Assembly (NCBI GenBank): GCA_043825735.1 | Contig: JBDRRP010000086.1 | Span: forward strand, 11,046-75,045 | Reading direction: 5' to 3' | DNA: 64,000 bases | Source: Pseudomonadota bacterium | GTDB taxonomy: Bacteria; Desulfobacterota; Desulfobacteria; Desulfobacterales; JBDRRP01 | Shown here: positions 48,296-57,507 of the stretch, in pieces | How positions within the stretch are numbered: the stretch's first letter is position 1 | How the letters are laid out: each line of letters starts with the position of its first letter | Program-made: the position numbers and the translations under genes | Notes under the pieces: generated by a model | What the model saw: only the letters and a program-made list of their open reading frames with translations | What the model was told of the DNA's origin: nothing | The model's database searches: none

Positions 48296-49795
48296 TCAGA
48301 TGCCAAAAGCCGATCGCAGCTTGAGACCGTGCTCGGCCTTTCCGGAGAGTTTGAGCTGGCCCTGGAGCAGGGCCGTTTCGATGCGTTTTTTCCCCAGCAA
48401 AATGGCGGCCCAGGTGCCGGCCGGAACCCGGATGACCAGATCGGCCGCATCGGTCCACCCGCCGGCCGTCAGTTGCGCCCGCCCGTCACCCACGTCGAGG
48501 CGGTAGCGCATTTCCGGCGTGCTGCCCTGGGCGGTGAGATGCAGCCCCACCTGTACCTGCCAGCCCTGCACGGCCGAACCATCGAAGCGATCGACGAGCG
48601 CCTCGGTGAGCGTGCGGGCCTGCCCGGCGAGCAGCGCGTCTTTTTTCCCCAATCCCAGCAGGCTCCCCAGAGAGCGGCCCGGCGAAGCGGCCCGCCGCTC
48701 GCGGCAAATCCGCCGCCGGGTGTAAAACCAGGGCCACCGGGCGTCGAGCTCTTCGGTGTAGACCTCGCGGCGCAGGCGGGCGGACCGGGATATGGCCAGG
48801 TTGAGCCGGAGCATCTGCCGGCCCTGTTCGCCGGAAAGCAGCGGCGGGGCCTCGCCCCGGATGGCCGCGATGAAATTGGCGGTGGCGCCCGTGAAACCCT
48901 CGCCCCAGTCGGTGGCCACATCTGCAAAATCGCGCCAGCGGTACCCGTCGAAAAGCCGGACTCCCGGCCCTGGACAGATGTCGCCGGTGCACCGGGTAAT
49001 CAGCACGATGCCCCGGGTGCCGGTCACCTCGATCCATTCGTCGTTGGCATAATAGGTGGAGGGGATGTGCATGTCCGCCGCGTGGGCGTACTCGCACATC
49101 CCGTAGCAGGCGCCGCGGTGGTACTTCCACATGATGGCGGCCGGGCTGTCGACGATGCCGTCGGCCGAGTCGATCCAGGCGCTGACCCGCGTGATCTCCC
49201 CCAGCAGGTGCCAGGCCGTGGTCCACAGGTGGTGGCCGTGGTCGAATGTCTGCATGCCCCGTCCGGCGGCGTTTTCCGCAAGGCGCCAATCCCAGGCCGT
49301 GGCCGGCACTGCCCAGCCGCCGCTGCCGCCGCTGATCATCTTGATGCGCAGGTTGGATGGGGTGCCGATGGCGCCGTCGTCGATGAGTTTTTTTGCGAGG
49401 ACGATGGGCGGATAAAAGACATAATTGTCGGTGATGCGCAGCACCACCCCGGCTTCGGCCACCGCGGCCAGCATCCGGTCGGCGCTGGCAAGGTCGATGC
49501 TCATGGGTTTTTGGACGGCGATGTGCTTTCCGGCCCGGGCCGCATCGATCACCATGGCTTCGTGGAGGCCGTGGGGGGAGAGAATCTCCACGGCGTCGAC
49601 ATTCCCGTCCCGCAGCAGGTCGCGGTAGTCGGCGTGGGCGGTATCGGCGCCCCAGTCGGCTTTTCGCCGTTCGGCCAGGTCCCGGTCGGTGTCGCAGACC
49701 GCCGCAATGCGGGCGTTGGGCGACCGGCGGTAGCCGGGAGCGTGCAGATCCGAAATGCGGCCGCAGCCGATGATGCCGACATTGATCTTGTCCAT
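48296..49795 (-). CDS. Gfo/Idh/MocA oxidoreductase fused to a C-terminal SCP2 (sterol/lipid-binding) domain
   Basis: VGIIGCGRI, GKHIAVQKPM, DHGHH; C-terminal ADLVIRV...W..ILLG...TALLQGQLKLSG SCP2 signature. Confidence 0.85.
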   Translation of the reverse strand: MDKINVGIIGCGRISDLHAPGYRRSPNARIAAVCDTDRDLAERRKADWGADTAHADYRDLLRDGNVDAVEILSPHGLHEAMVIDAARAGKHIAVQKPMSIDLASADRMLAAVAEAGVVLRITDNYVFYPPIVLAKKLIDDGAIGTPSNLRIKMISGGSGGWAVPATAWDWRLAENAAGRGMQTFDHGHHLWTTAWHLLGEITRVSAWIDSADGIVDSPAAIMWKYHRGACYGMCEYAHAADMHIPSTYYANDEWIEVTGTRGIVLITRCTGDICPGPGVRLFDGYRWRDFADVATDWGEGFTGATANFIAAIRGEAPPLLSGEQGRQMLRLNLAISRSARLRREVYTEELDARWPWFYTRRRICRERRAASPGRSLGSLLGLGKKDALLAGQARTLTEALVDRFDGSAVQGWQVQVGLHLTAQGSTPEMRYRLDVGDGRAQLTAGGWTDAADLVIRVPAGTWAAILLGKKRIETALLQGQLKLSGKAEHGLKLRSAFGI

Positions 49796-49863
49796 GATGC
49801 GCTCCTCAAAGGTCCGCGATGTCCATTGCGGGCGCCGAAAACGGCGTTTCGCACAACGACGGT

Positions 49864-51555
49864 TTACAGAAAATCGAGATCCGCACCGTCGCCGGCCTGA
49901 AGCACATGCGCTGCATAGAGCCTGGCCCATCCCCGCGCCGGCGCCGGGGGTGGCGTCCATGCTGCCCGCCGGCACGCCAGTTCGTCGCCGCCGACTTCAA
50001 GGTCGATCCGCCCGGCGGCGACATCGAGGGAGATCTCATCCCCGTCGGCCACCAGGGCCAGAGGCCCCCCGGCGGCGGCTTCCGGAGCGCAGTGCAGCAC
50101 GACTGTCCCGTAGGCCGTTCCGCTCATGCGCGCGTCGGAGACGCGCACCATGTCGCGCACCCCCTGGGCGGCCAGGTACCTGGGGATGGGCAGGGAGCCG
50201 GCCTCGGGCATGCCCGCCCCGATGGGACCGGCGTTTCTAAGCACCAAGACATGAGCCGGCGTCAAGGCCAGGGCCGGATCGTCGATCCGGGCGGCGGCAT
50301 CCTCGGGCGATTCGAAGACCGCGGCCGGCCCCCGGTGCCGCATGAGCGCCGGTGTGGCGGCGGCCGCCTTGATGACGGCCCCATCCGGGGCCAGGGTGCC
50401 GAAAAGCGCGACGATGGCGCCGGCGGTCCGAAGCGGATCGTCGATGCGTCGAATGGTGGACTGCCAGTCGCCGGGCCCGGCCGCGTTTTCGAGAAGCGCT
50501 CCCAGCGTGTCCCCGGTGACGGTCATGGCCTTCAGATCGAGCATCGGTGCCAGCGTCTTTAAAAGCACCGGCATCCCGCCGGCGTTGTGAAAATCTTCCA
50601 TGTAGCCGGCGCCGGCCGGTTTGACGTCCACCAGCACCGGTGTTTTGCCTGAAAGCGCGTTCAGATCGCTGTAGCTCAGGGGCATCCCGGCGCGACGGGC
50701 CATGGCCATGAGATGGATCACTGCGTTGGTGGACCCGGACAGGGCAAGGAGCACGGTCAGGGCGTTTCGAAAGGACCCGGGGGAGAGTATTTTCGACGGT
50801 CGGAGATCGGAGCAGGCCAGCGCCACGGCACGCCTTCCTGAAGCCGCGCAGTGGCGCAGCCGCTCACCGGTGGCATGCGGCGGCGTGGCGCCGCCGGGCA
50901 GCATCAGGCCGAGGGCCTCCATCAGGCAGGCCATGGTCGATGCGGTTCCCATGACCATGCACGTGCCGCCGGTGGCACACAGCGCGGCTTCGATCTCGGC
51001 GATGTCGCTTTCTGAAAGCCGGCCTGCGCGGTATTCCGTCCACAGGCGCCGGCAGTCCGTGCAGGCGCCCAGGCGCTGGCCCCGCCAGTGGCCCGCCAGC
51101 ATGGGGCCGGCCACCACGTGGATGGCCGGAACATCCGCCGATATGGACGCCATGGCCTGGGCCGGGACGGTTTTGTCGCAGCCGCCCACGAGGACCACCG
51201 CATCCATGGGCTGCGCCCGGATCATCTCTTCGGTATCCATGGCCTGGAGGTTTCGAAAGAGCATGGTGGTGGGCGCGGTGAGGATCTCGTTGAGCGAAAT
51301 GGTAGGGAACGCCAGCGGGAGCCCGCCGGCCTCCATGACCCCGCGCTTGACCGCCGCCACCATCTCGGGCATCTGCCGGTGGCAGCTGTTGTAGTCCGAG
51401 GATGTGTCGACGATGCCGACGACAGGACGCGCCAGATCCTCCCGGTCATAGCCGGCCGATGTGAGAAACGCCCGCCTCAGGTACCGGGAAAAATTCCGGT
51501 CGCCGTACCGGGTGAGGTTACTGTCCATGCCCCTGGGGGCCTTTGGTGTGTTCAT
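49864..51555 (-). CDS. IlvD/Edd-family dehydratase (sugar-acid/dihydroxy-acid dehydratase)
   Basis: YNSCH, GGCDKT, CMVMGTASTM, GSTNAVIH, SDARMSGT. Confidence 0.92.
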   Translation of the reverse strand: MNTPKAPRGMDSNLTRYGDRNFSRYLRRAFLTSAGYDREDLARPVVGIVDTSSDYNSCHRQMPEMVAAVKRGVMEAGGLPLAFPTISLNEILTAPTTMLFRNLQAMDTEEMIRAQPMDAVVLVGGCDKTVPAQAMASISADVPAIHVVAGPMLAGHWRGQRLGACTDCRRLWTEYRAGRLSESDIAEIEAALCATGGTCMVMGTASTMACLMEALGLMLPGGATPPHATGERLRHCAASGRRAVALACSDLRPSKILSPGSFRNALTVLLALSGSTNAVIHLMAMARRAGMPLSYSDLNALSGKTPVLVDVKPAGAGYMEDFHNAGGMPVLLKTLAPMLDLKAMTVTGDTLGALLENAAGPGDWQSTIRRIDDPLRTAGAIVALFGTLAPDGAVIKAAAATPALMRHRGPAAVFESPEDAAARIDDPALALTPAHVLVLRNAGPIGAGMPEAGSLPIPRYLAAQGVRDMVRVSDARMSGTAYGTVVLHCAPEAAAGGPLALVADGDEISLDVAAGRIDLEVGGDELACRRAAWTPPPAPARGWARLYAAHVLQAGDGADLDFL

Positions 51556-51615
51556 GGCGCTGAATCCTCCGCCGAGTCTGTAGGACCGAAGCCTTTTCCG
51601 GGCGCTCCTGCCGGT

Positions 51616-53502
51616 TCACAGGCCGATATCGTGCCTCAGGGCCTGGGTGTCCGCGCACCAGCCGCCCACGTTCCACCGGCCGAACACCCCCATGCCGCCG
51701 AGCGGGTCGTCGCCGAAATAGACCGGCACGTGCACCAGGGACAGCCCCCCGCGAGCACGGGCGCTGTCCAGGGCGTGAGTCAGCGAATCTGGGCAATCGC
51801 CGCCGTCAAAGGCCGCCACGCCGGCGACGGACCGGGCCCAGGCGAGGTAGTCCACCGGCACACCGTCGACCGTGGCGAACGCGGCGCCGTACTGGGCGGC
51901 TTGCAGACCGCTGATGGCGCCCATGCGCCGGTTGTCCAGGATCACGATCACCCCGGTGGCGCCGTGGGCGATACCGTCGATGAGAATCTGGGGATTCATG
52001 GTAAAGGAGCCGTCACCGCTCAGAGCCATCGCGTAAAAGGGTGTGGTGGTCATGGCCGTTGCCAAAACCGCAGAGGCGGCGAATCCCATGTAGCTGGCGC
52101 CGGTCTCGGTAAAGGTCCGGCCGGGGCGATCATCTTCGACGATCTGAAATCCGTTGGCCTGGACGTCGCCGGCATCGAAAAAGGTGACCACATCGTTGGC
52201 CCGGGCCCAGTCCGTGGCGGCTTTGATGGCGGCGGGCTGGGTGAGCACCGGCTTTTGCCACAGGGCGTCATGGAGCTGCGGGGTGTCGTAGCGCGCCTTT
52301 CTGAAGGCATCCCACCGGCTGCGGCTGTCCTGGCAGCGTGCCAGCCAGTCGGACGGTGCGGCGCGCTGCGGGCCGGTGGTTTCCTGGAGCGCCCGGTTGA
52401 GCCCGTCCAGGGTGCGCGGGATGTCACCGATGAGAGCGATGGTGCTGCGGTAATGGGTGGCTGCATCCACATCGCCGTTGATCGCCACCACCTGCCGGAC
52501 ATTGGGATAACCGGTCCTGGAGCAGTCGGACTGACAGACGCTCCGGGTGCCCACGGCGATAAGCAGGTCGGCTTCGGTCATGGCGAAATTGCCGCTGATG
52601 GAGCCTTTGGATCCGCCCACCGTCATGTTGCGCGGATGATCGAAGGGGATCACCCCGGAGGCGATGGGGCTGGTGACGGCAACCGCATCGGCCAGCGCCA
52701 GCAGGGCGTCGATCTGCCGCCCGGCGGTTCGGGCCCCGCCGCCGGCTTTCACCACTACCTTGCCGGCACCGGCAATGGCTTTGGCGGCCCGGGCGTAACG
52801 GCCGTCGTCGGCGGCCGGTCCCAGCGGCGGCGGCGGCGCGGCGGGCAGCTCGGAGAGGTTGAAGCGGGAGATGACCACGGGCTGGGTGTTCATGGGCAGC
52901 AGCAGGAAAAAGGGGCCGGGCCGGCAGGGGTGCTCCGTCGTGTTCAGCCCGCGGCGCAGCGCCGTGCCCACCGCCGCCGGGGTGTGCAGCTTGTAGGTGT
53001 TTCCCATGGCAGAGAAAAGCCTCAGAAAGCGGTCCTGTTCACTGCCGGGAATCTGCTGCATGTTGGGGCCTTCGTCTTCGGTGGTTTCGTCCCCGAGAAG
53101 GAACCAGACCCCGATGCCGTCGCTGGCCGGCGCCAGGGCGCCGGCCAGCGCGTGCAGTGCACCGGGCCCGATGGAGGTAAACACCGCCGCCTTTTCCCCG
53201 GTCACCCACCGCAACGCCGTGGCGGCATGCACCGCCTCGGTTTCGTGTCTGACCGCAAAGGTCCGCAGTAAACCGGCCGTTTCGTACACCCGCAGTACCT
53301 CGCCGATGTCGGTGGTCCCGTGCCCGAAAACGCCCACAAAACGGCTGACCCCCTGTCGCAGCAGTCCCAGGACCACCACCTCGGAGAGTGTCAGATCCAT
53401 TCTCCCGGGCAGTGCGCCGGCATCAAGTGCCGCCGCCAGCCCTCCGGCCGCTGCAATCGCCTGTGCCCGTCGCAGCCGTTCGGCTGCCGTCTGCCGCGCC
53501 AT
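51616..53502 (-). CDS. ThDP-dependent enzyme related to IolD (cyclic dione acylhydrolase)
   Basis: VFGHG, HETEAVH, TSIGPG, SYMG, GDGS...ILDN ThDP motif. Confidence 0.82.
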   Translation of the reverse strand: MARQTAAERLRRAQAIAAAGGLAAALDAGALPGRMDLTLSEVVVLGLLRQGVSRFVGVFGHGTTDIGEVLRVYETAGLLRTFAVRHETEAVHAATALRWVTGEKAAVFTSIGPGALHALAGALAPASDGIGVWFLLGDETTEDEGPNMQQIPGSEQDRFLRLFSAMGNTYKLHTPAAVGTALRRGLNTTEHPCRPGPFFLLLPMNTQPVVISRFNLSELPAAPPPPLGPAADDGRYARAAKAIAGAGKVVVKAGGGARTAGRQIDALLALADAVAVTSPIASGVIPFDHPRNMTVGGSKGSISGNFAMTEADLLIAVGTRSVCQSDCSRTGYPNVRQVVAINGDVDAATHYRSTIALIGDIPRTLDGLNRALQETTGPQRAAPSDWLARCQDSRSRWDAFRKARYDTPQLHDALWQKPVLTQPAAIKAATDWARANDVVTFFDAGDVQANGFQIVEDDRPGRTFTETGASYMGFAASAVLATAMTTTPFYAMALSGDGSFTMNPQILIDGIAHGATGVIVILDNRRMGAISGLQAAQYGAAFATVDGVPVDYLAWARSVAGVAAFDGGDCPDSLTHALDSARARGGLSLVHVPVYFGDDPLGGMGVFGRWNVGGWCADTQALRHDIGL

Positions 53503-53546
53503 AATCCGATTCTCCCGTCCAAGACGTTGTCTTAAATGCAATGGTA

Positions 53547-53561
53547 TTGCGCTATATGCAA
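53547..53561. promoter_or_regulatory. Imperfect palindrome TTGCGCTATATGCAA; candidate IclR operator next to a minus-strand TTGACA
   Basis: About 45 bp upstream of the first catabolic gene and downstream of the IclR gene. Confidence 0.45.
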
Positions 53562-53765
53562 CACGCTTGATTCAATTTGTCAACCCCCCGGCATCCCAAA
53601 ACCCTGAGCGTGTGAGGGCATGTCACAGCACTTTAAGGATTATTGAGTTCATTGGATGGCGTAAATTACGGGACAGACAAAACCCCAACTGGAGAATAGA
53701 GCATAACCAGATTACGGACCGAAGCGCTGCGGTGCGGCCGGAATGCCGTTACGCTTCCAGAGTTA

Positions 53766-54527
53766 TCACTCAGTGAACCCCAAGCGCGCGGAAAGCTGTG
53801 CGCCGGCGTCTTTGATGATCCGGCCGAACTCGTGCGCATGGGGCTTGATGGCGTCGCTGAGCCCGGAAATGCCGACGGCATAGCGGGCCTGCTTCAAATG
53901 ATCAAAAACGGGTGCGGCAAAGCAGACAATGCCCCGGCGGTATTCTTCGTCATCCATGGCAAGGCGGTCGCTGCGCACCTGGATCAGGTAGCGTTCCAAG
54001 GCTGCGGCCGTGAGGACGGATTTGGGCGTGTACTTTTTGAACTCGATTCCGGAGAGAAAGCGCTGCCGCTCGGTGTCGGGCATAAAGGCGATGAGCGATT
54101 TGCCCAGGGCGGTCACGGCAGCGGGCTCGCGCGTGCCAACGGTGATATTGAGGCTCACCGCCGACTGAGGCTGATCGACGGTGATGAACACCACTTCGGT
54201 GCCGTCGAGGATGGCCAGGTGGGTGTTTTGCCCGGTTCTTGCGACGATGTCGCCCATGACCGGCCGGGCGAGCGCATCCAGACCGAACTGGCTGCCGGCC
54301 GATCCGGAGAGCGCCAGCACGCGATAGCCGATGGCATATCGTTTGGTCCCGGGATCCTGCAGGACGTAGCCGCATTTGACGAGTGTGCTCAGCAGCCGGA
54401 ACACCGAGGAGCGGTCAATGGGAAAATGGGCGGCGATCTCGCCCAGCAGCAACGGCCGGCCTGCCTTTCCGAGAATATCGAGAATCGTCAATCCCCGCTC
54501 CAGGGACTGGATGGTGGCAGTCTTCAT
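53766..54527 (-). CDS. IclR-family transcriptional regulator
   Basis: IQSLERGLTILD, SSVFRLLSTL, TALGKSL, DDEEY..GIVCFAAPVFD. Confidence 0.95.
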   Translation of the reverse strand: MKTATIQSLERGLTILDILGKAGRPLLLGEIAAHFPIDRSSVFRLLSTLVKCGYVLQDPGTKRYAIGYRVLALSGSAGSQFGLDALARPVMGDIVARTGQNTHLAILDGTEVVFITVDQPQSAVSLNITVGTREPAAVTALGKSLIAFMPDTERQRFLSGIEFKKYTPKSVLTAAALERYLIQVRSDRLAMDDEEYRRGIVCFAAPVFDHLKQARYAVGISGLSDAIKPHAHEFGRIIKDAGAQLSARLGFTE

Positions 54528-54594
54528 GTTGGATGACTTCCCTTGGTGAGATGGTCCGTAAAAACCACAGATACCGACTTAAGGCAACGGTAAT

Positions 54595-56034
54595 TCAGAA
54601 TGCGGCAACTGGCGGGTTGGCCGCCTGGAGGTCTACCACCCGGAAGGGGATATTGGCGGTGCCGACATGGTTCTTGTCATCCACGGCATAGACAAAGAGG
54701 CGATAGGCACCGGCCTGGTCCGGAACGCTAAGCTTCAGTTCGGGCGCCGAGGAGTACCGGACCCGGCCGACGGTTGGGGGGCGGCTTTCAGGCGCGCCGC
54801 CGAACCCCACCGCGGTCGGCTCTGCCAGGATTTCCCAAACATAGGTCAGCGGCGCTGATTCCGGGTCCCGGGCTGTAACCACAGCGATGATCTGCGTTTC
54901 GGGCCCCAAGGCCACGCCGTCTTTGGCGTGGAATCCGTTGATGGAGAGCTGTGAGACTTCCGGGGCCCGGTTGTCAGGCCAGGTGCCGCTCCAGTTGTAA
55001 CTCATCACGTCCACGGCGGGACTGAACAGATGCTGGCCTTCAAAGCCCGGCAGGTTTTCGATGAGCAGGCTGTACCAGGTGGGCGTGCGCTCCTGCTTTT
55101 GTCCCCAGAGAAACACATAGGATCCGATACAGCGGTCGCTGTTGGCCAGGATATCCTGGACATAGTAGCGCCGGATCATGGACGCTTTGGCGGTGCTCGG
55201 CGGCTCGATCGGCCGGTCCCAGTCCGTGCGTTCAGCTTCCCAGTGGCCTGTCACACCCCATTCGGTCACAAGATAAGGCCCCGAGTAGGCGGACGCCTCC
55301 ATGGCTGCACGCAGTTTCGGCAGGGCGCCGTAGGCATTCACGCCCACCGCATCGAGGCTCGGCGCGAAGCGGGCGATGCGGTCCAGCGTTTCGGGGGTGA
55401 AAGCGATCACCGAGATGACAGGGTGCCCGGGGTCGAGGCGCTTGATCAGCCGAGCCAGCGTATCCACGAAGTGCCAGGCTTCCGGGATGTCGGCGCCTTG
55501 CAGGTTGATCTCGTTTCCCAGCGCCCACATGAGCAGGGCGCTGTGGTTCCGATACTGCGCCGCCAGCGCCGTCACCTCTGCGGTTTTCCGGGCCATGTAG
55601 GCCGGGTCCCGGTAATCCGAGGCGCGGTGACTGAGCCAGATGCCGAGCAAAACGCTCATGCCGAGCGCATCGGCTTTTTCGAGCACGGCCGCGCCGTTTT
55701 GCGCCCCCCAGGTACGAAGGGAATTGGCGCCGAGCACCCGCGCTGAGGCAAGCGCCTGGGTGCCGCCCACGCCTTTGATGAAATAGGGCTCACCGCCGCG
55801 GTAAAGACGGTACCTGCCAGCGTCGGTGCGGATTTCGACCGAGGTGTGCGCCAGGTTTGGGGCGGGGACGAATGCGCCGGCGTCCTCGGGTGAATCCGCT
55901 GACGGGCGATGCTGGCCGCGGATGTCCGGGAGAAAGGTCGGGGCCGCACCGGCGTTGCGTATAGATCCGGCGAAACTCCCCAGGAGGCTGATGAGCAGGA
56001 TACTTATGACGGTTTTGACGATAATCTGTGGCAT
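54595..56034 (-). CDS. Secreted clan GH-A (GH2-like TIM barrel) glycoside hydrolase
   Basis: Signal peptide; PYFIKG, GANSLRTW, WALGNE (acid/base), LVTEWG (nucleophile), WGQKQERT. Confidence 0.82.
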   Translation of the reverse strand: MPQIIVKTVISILLISLLGSFAGSIRNAGAAPTFLPDIRGQHRPSADSPEDAGAFVPAPNLAHTSVEIRTDAGRYRLYRGGEPYFIKGVGGTQALASARVLGANSLRTWGAQNGAAVLEKADALGMSVLLGIWLSHRASDYRDPAYMARKTAEVTALAAQYRNHSALLMWALGNEINLQGADIPEAWHFVDTLARLIKRLDPGHPVISVIAFTPETLDRIARFAPSLDAVGVNAYGALPKLRAAMEASAYSGPYLVTEWGVTGHWEAERTDWDRPIEPPSTAKASMIRRYYVQDILANSDRCIGSYVFLWGQKQERTPTWYSLLIENLPGFEGQHLFSPAVDVMSYNWSGTWPDNRAPEVSQLSINGFHAKDGVALGPETQIIAVVTARDPESAPLTYVWEILAEPTAVGFGGAPESRPPTVGRVRYSSAPELKLSVPDQAGAYRLFVYAVDDKNHVGTANIPFRVVDLQAANPPVAAF

Positions 56035-56265
56035 GCGTGTCGACCGGGCAATGGTTTGAAACGCTGCGCATCAATGATGCCGCTTTTAAAGATTATGATC
56101 GGCAACAAGCAAAATTGCTTTAGGCGCAGTGCGGGCCGGAGAGCGCGCTTCCAGTTGTTGAAGGCCGTCCGGCAATGTCGATGAGTGACATAAAATTCAA
56201 ACTCGCAACCCCATTTGTCAATGACCGTCGGCCCATTCCGTATGCTGGACGGGGCCGGCGCCGAT

Positions 56266-56631
56266 TCAGCGGCGCCGGTTGTGAATCACCAGGATGACAT
56301 AGATGACAACGTTAAGCAGGAGCACCGCACCCCCCAGCAGGATCTGGTGAGACCGCGTGAGCCCCTCGGGGTAGACGACGGGGTTGAGGAGGTGTTCGAT
56401 GAAGCCGCCGCCGTAGTATTCCAGTCCAGCCTTGATGCGGAAGTGGTTTTCAAGATGGGTCAGCGGGCAGCGCCAGCCGGCGCATTCCACCGCGCCGGCC
56501 CAGGCGACCGCCGGCAGGTGGAGCCAGGCGGTGCGGGGGCGGCGCATCACCAGCAGACCGCCGAAAACGGCATAGACGATGAACGCCAGGTGAAGCACCA
56601 GCACGGCGTCGGCCAGGAGCCGGTAGCCCAT
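56266..56631 (-). CDS. DUF2784 membrane protein
   Basis: LADAVLVLHLAFI, WLHLPA..W, CPLTHLEN, GFIEH. Confidence 0.88.
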   Translation of the reverse strand: MGYRLLADAVLVLHLAFIVYAVFGGLLVMRRPRTAWLHLPAVAWAGAVECAGWRCPLTHLENHFRIKAGLEYYGGGFIEHLLNPVVYPEGLTRSHQILLGGAVLLLNVVIYVILVIHNRRR

Positions 56632-56644
56632 TGCGCTCACCTGA

Positions 56645-57205
56645 TCAGTTCCGACCGGCAATGACCATGGGCGCGGCCACGCCCTCGGCGTGATCGCGCC
56701 CAAACAGCATCGCCACCAGTTCGAGGGCGAACTCGAGGGCCGTCCCCGGACCGCGGCTGGTGGCGCAGCGGCCGTCTACGACCACCCTGGCGGTGTCGGC
56801 TCTTTCCGGCGAAAGCTGATCCATGAAATTGGGATGGCCGGTGGCGCGAGTGCCTTCCAGCAGTCCGTGGGCTTCCAGTACTACTGCCGGCGCAGCGCAG
56901 ATGGCGCCATAATAGCGGTTTTCGTCTTTTTGCCGCCGGAGCAGGGTTTTCAGCTCGAGGGAATCCCGCAGGTGTTCGGCGCCGGGGATGCCGCCGGGAA
57001 GAACGATGAGATCGAAGGTGTCATCCATGCACTCAGCGATCAGCCGGTCGGCCACGATTCTGACCCCGCGAGAGGCGGTGATCTGAAGGTCCCCCACCGA
57101 TGCGACAACGACATCGGCCCCGGCACGGCGCAAGACATCGATGATGCAGACCGCCTCGATCTCTTCGGTGCCGTCGGCGATGGGTACGAGTACTTTGGGT
57201 GTCAT
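56645..57205 (-). CDS. DJ-1/YajL (ThiJ) family protein
   Basis: GTEEIEAV..DVLRRAG, LPGG, AICAAP, TSRGPGTA. Confidence 0.92.
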   Translation of the reverse strand: MTPKVLVPIADGTEEIEAVCIIDVLRRAGADVVVASVGDLQITASRGVRIVADRLIAECMDDTFDLIVLPGGIPGAEHLRDSLELKTLLRRQKDENRYYGAICAAPAVVLEAHGLLEGTRATGHPNFMDQLSPERADTARVVVDGRCATSRGPGTALEFALELVAMLFGRDHAEGVAAPMVIAGRN

Positions 57206-57264
57206 GGGCGTGCCTCCATGTAATGGTTATGAGAACCACGCACAACTCAAACAGTCGAATCTAA

Positions 57265-57495
57265 AACCAAAACCAGTTTTCGCGCAGAGACGCAGGGGCG
57301 CAGAGAAAAATTGAACCTCTCAAACCGGCGTCGGCCTGCGGCAGCGCTGGATGCCGGATCAAGTCCGGCATGACAGACCGGAGGGCTTACAGTCTTTGAC
57401 CGGACACCCGGAGGCGGCCCAAAGGGCAAATATCACGGTTTTCTCTGTGCCCCTCTGCGATCTCTGCGGTTCAATTTGATTTTTACGGTCTAATC
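57265..57495. repeat. Cluster of repeat remnants (9-mer arms, CGTC-type hairpin, MITE right end)
   Basis: cgcgcagagacgcaggggcgcagag, ctggatgccggatcaagtccggcatgac, ctctgtgccctctgcgatctctgcgg, gatttttacgg. Confidence 0.55.
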
Positions 57496-57507
57496 AGACT
57501 TTATCCT

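Noticed and set aside
48281-49900. 539-aa plus-strand ORF
   Set aside because: Antisense shadow of the Gfo/Idh/MocA-SCP2 gene.
51088-53271. 727-aa plus-strand ORF
   Set aside because: Antisense shadow of the ThDP enzyme and dehydratase genes; no motifs; expected in high-GC DNA.
51616-53502. Calling the cluster a canonical myo-inositol (iol) operon
   Set aside because: iolB, iolC and iolE are absent from the window, the IolD-like protein is divergent, and it is paired with an IlvD/Edd dehydratase.
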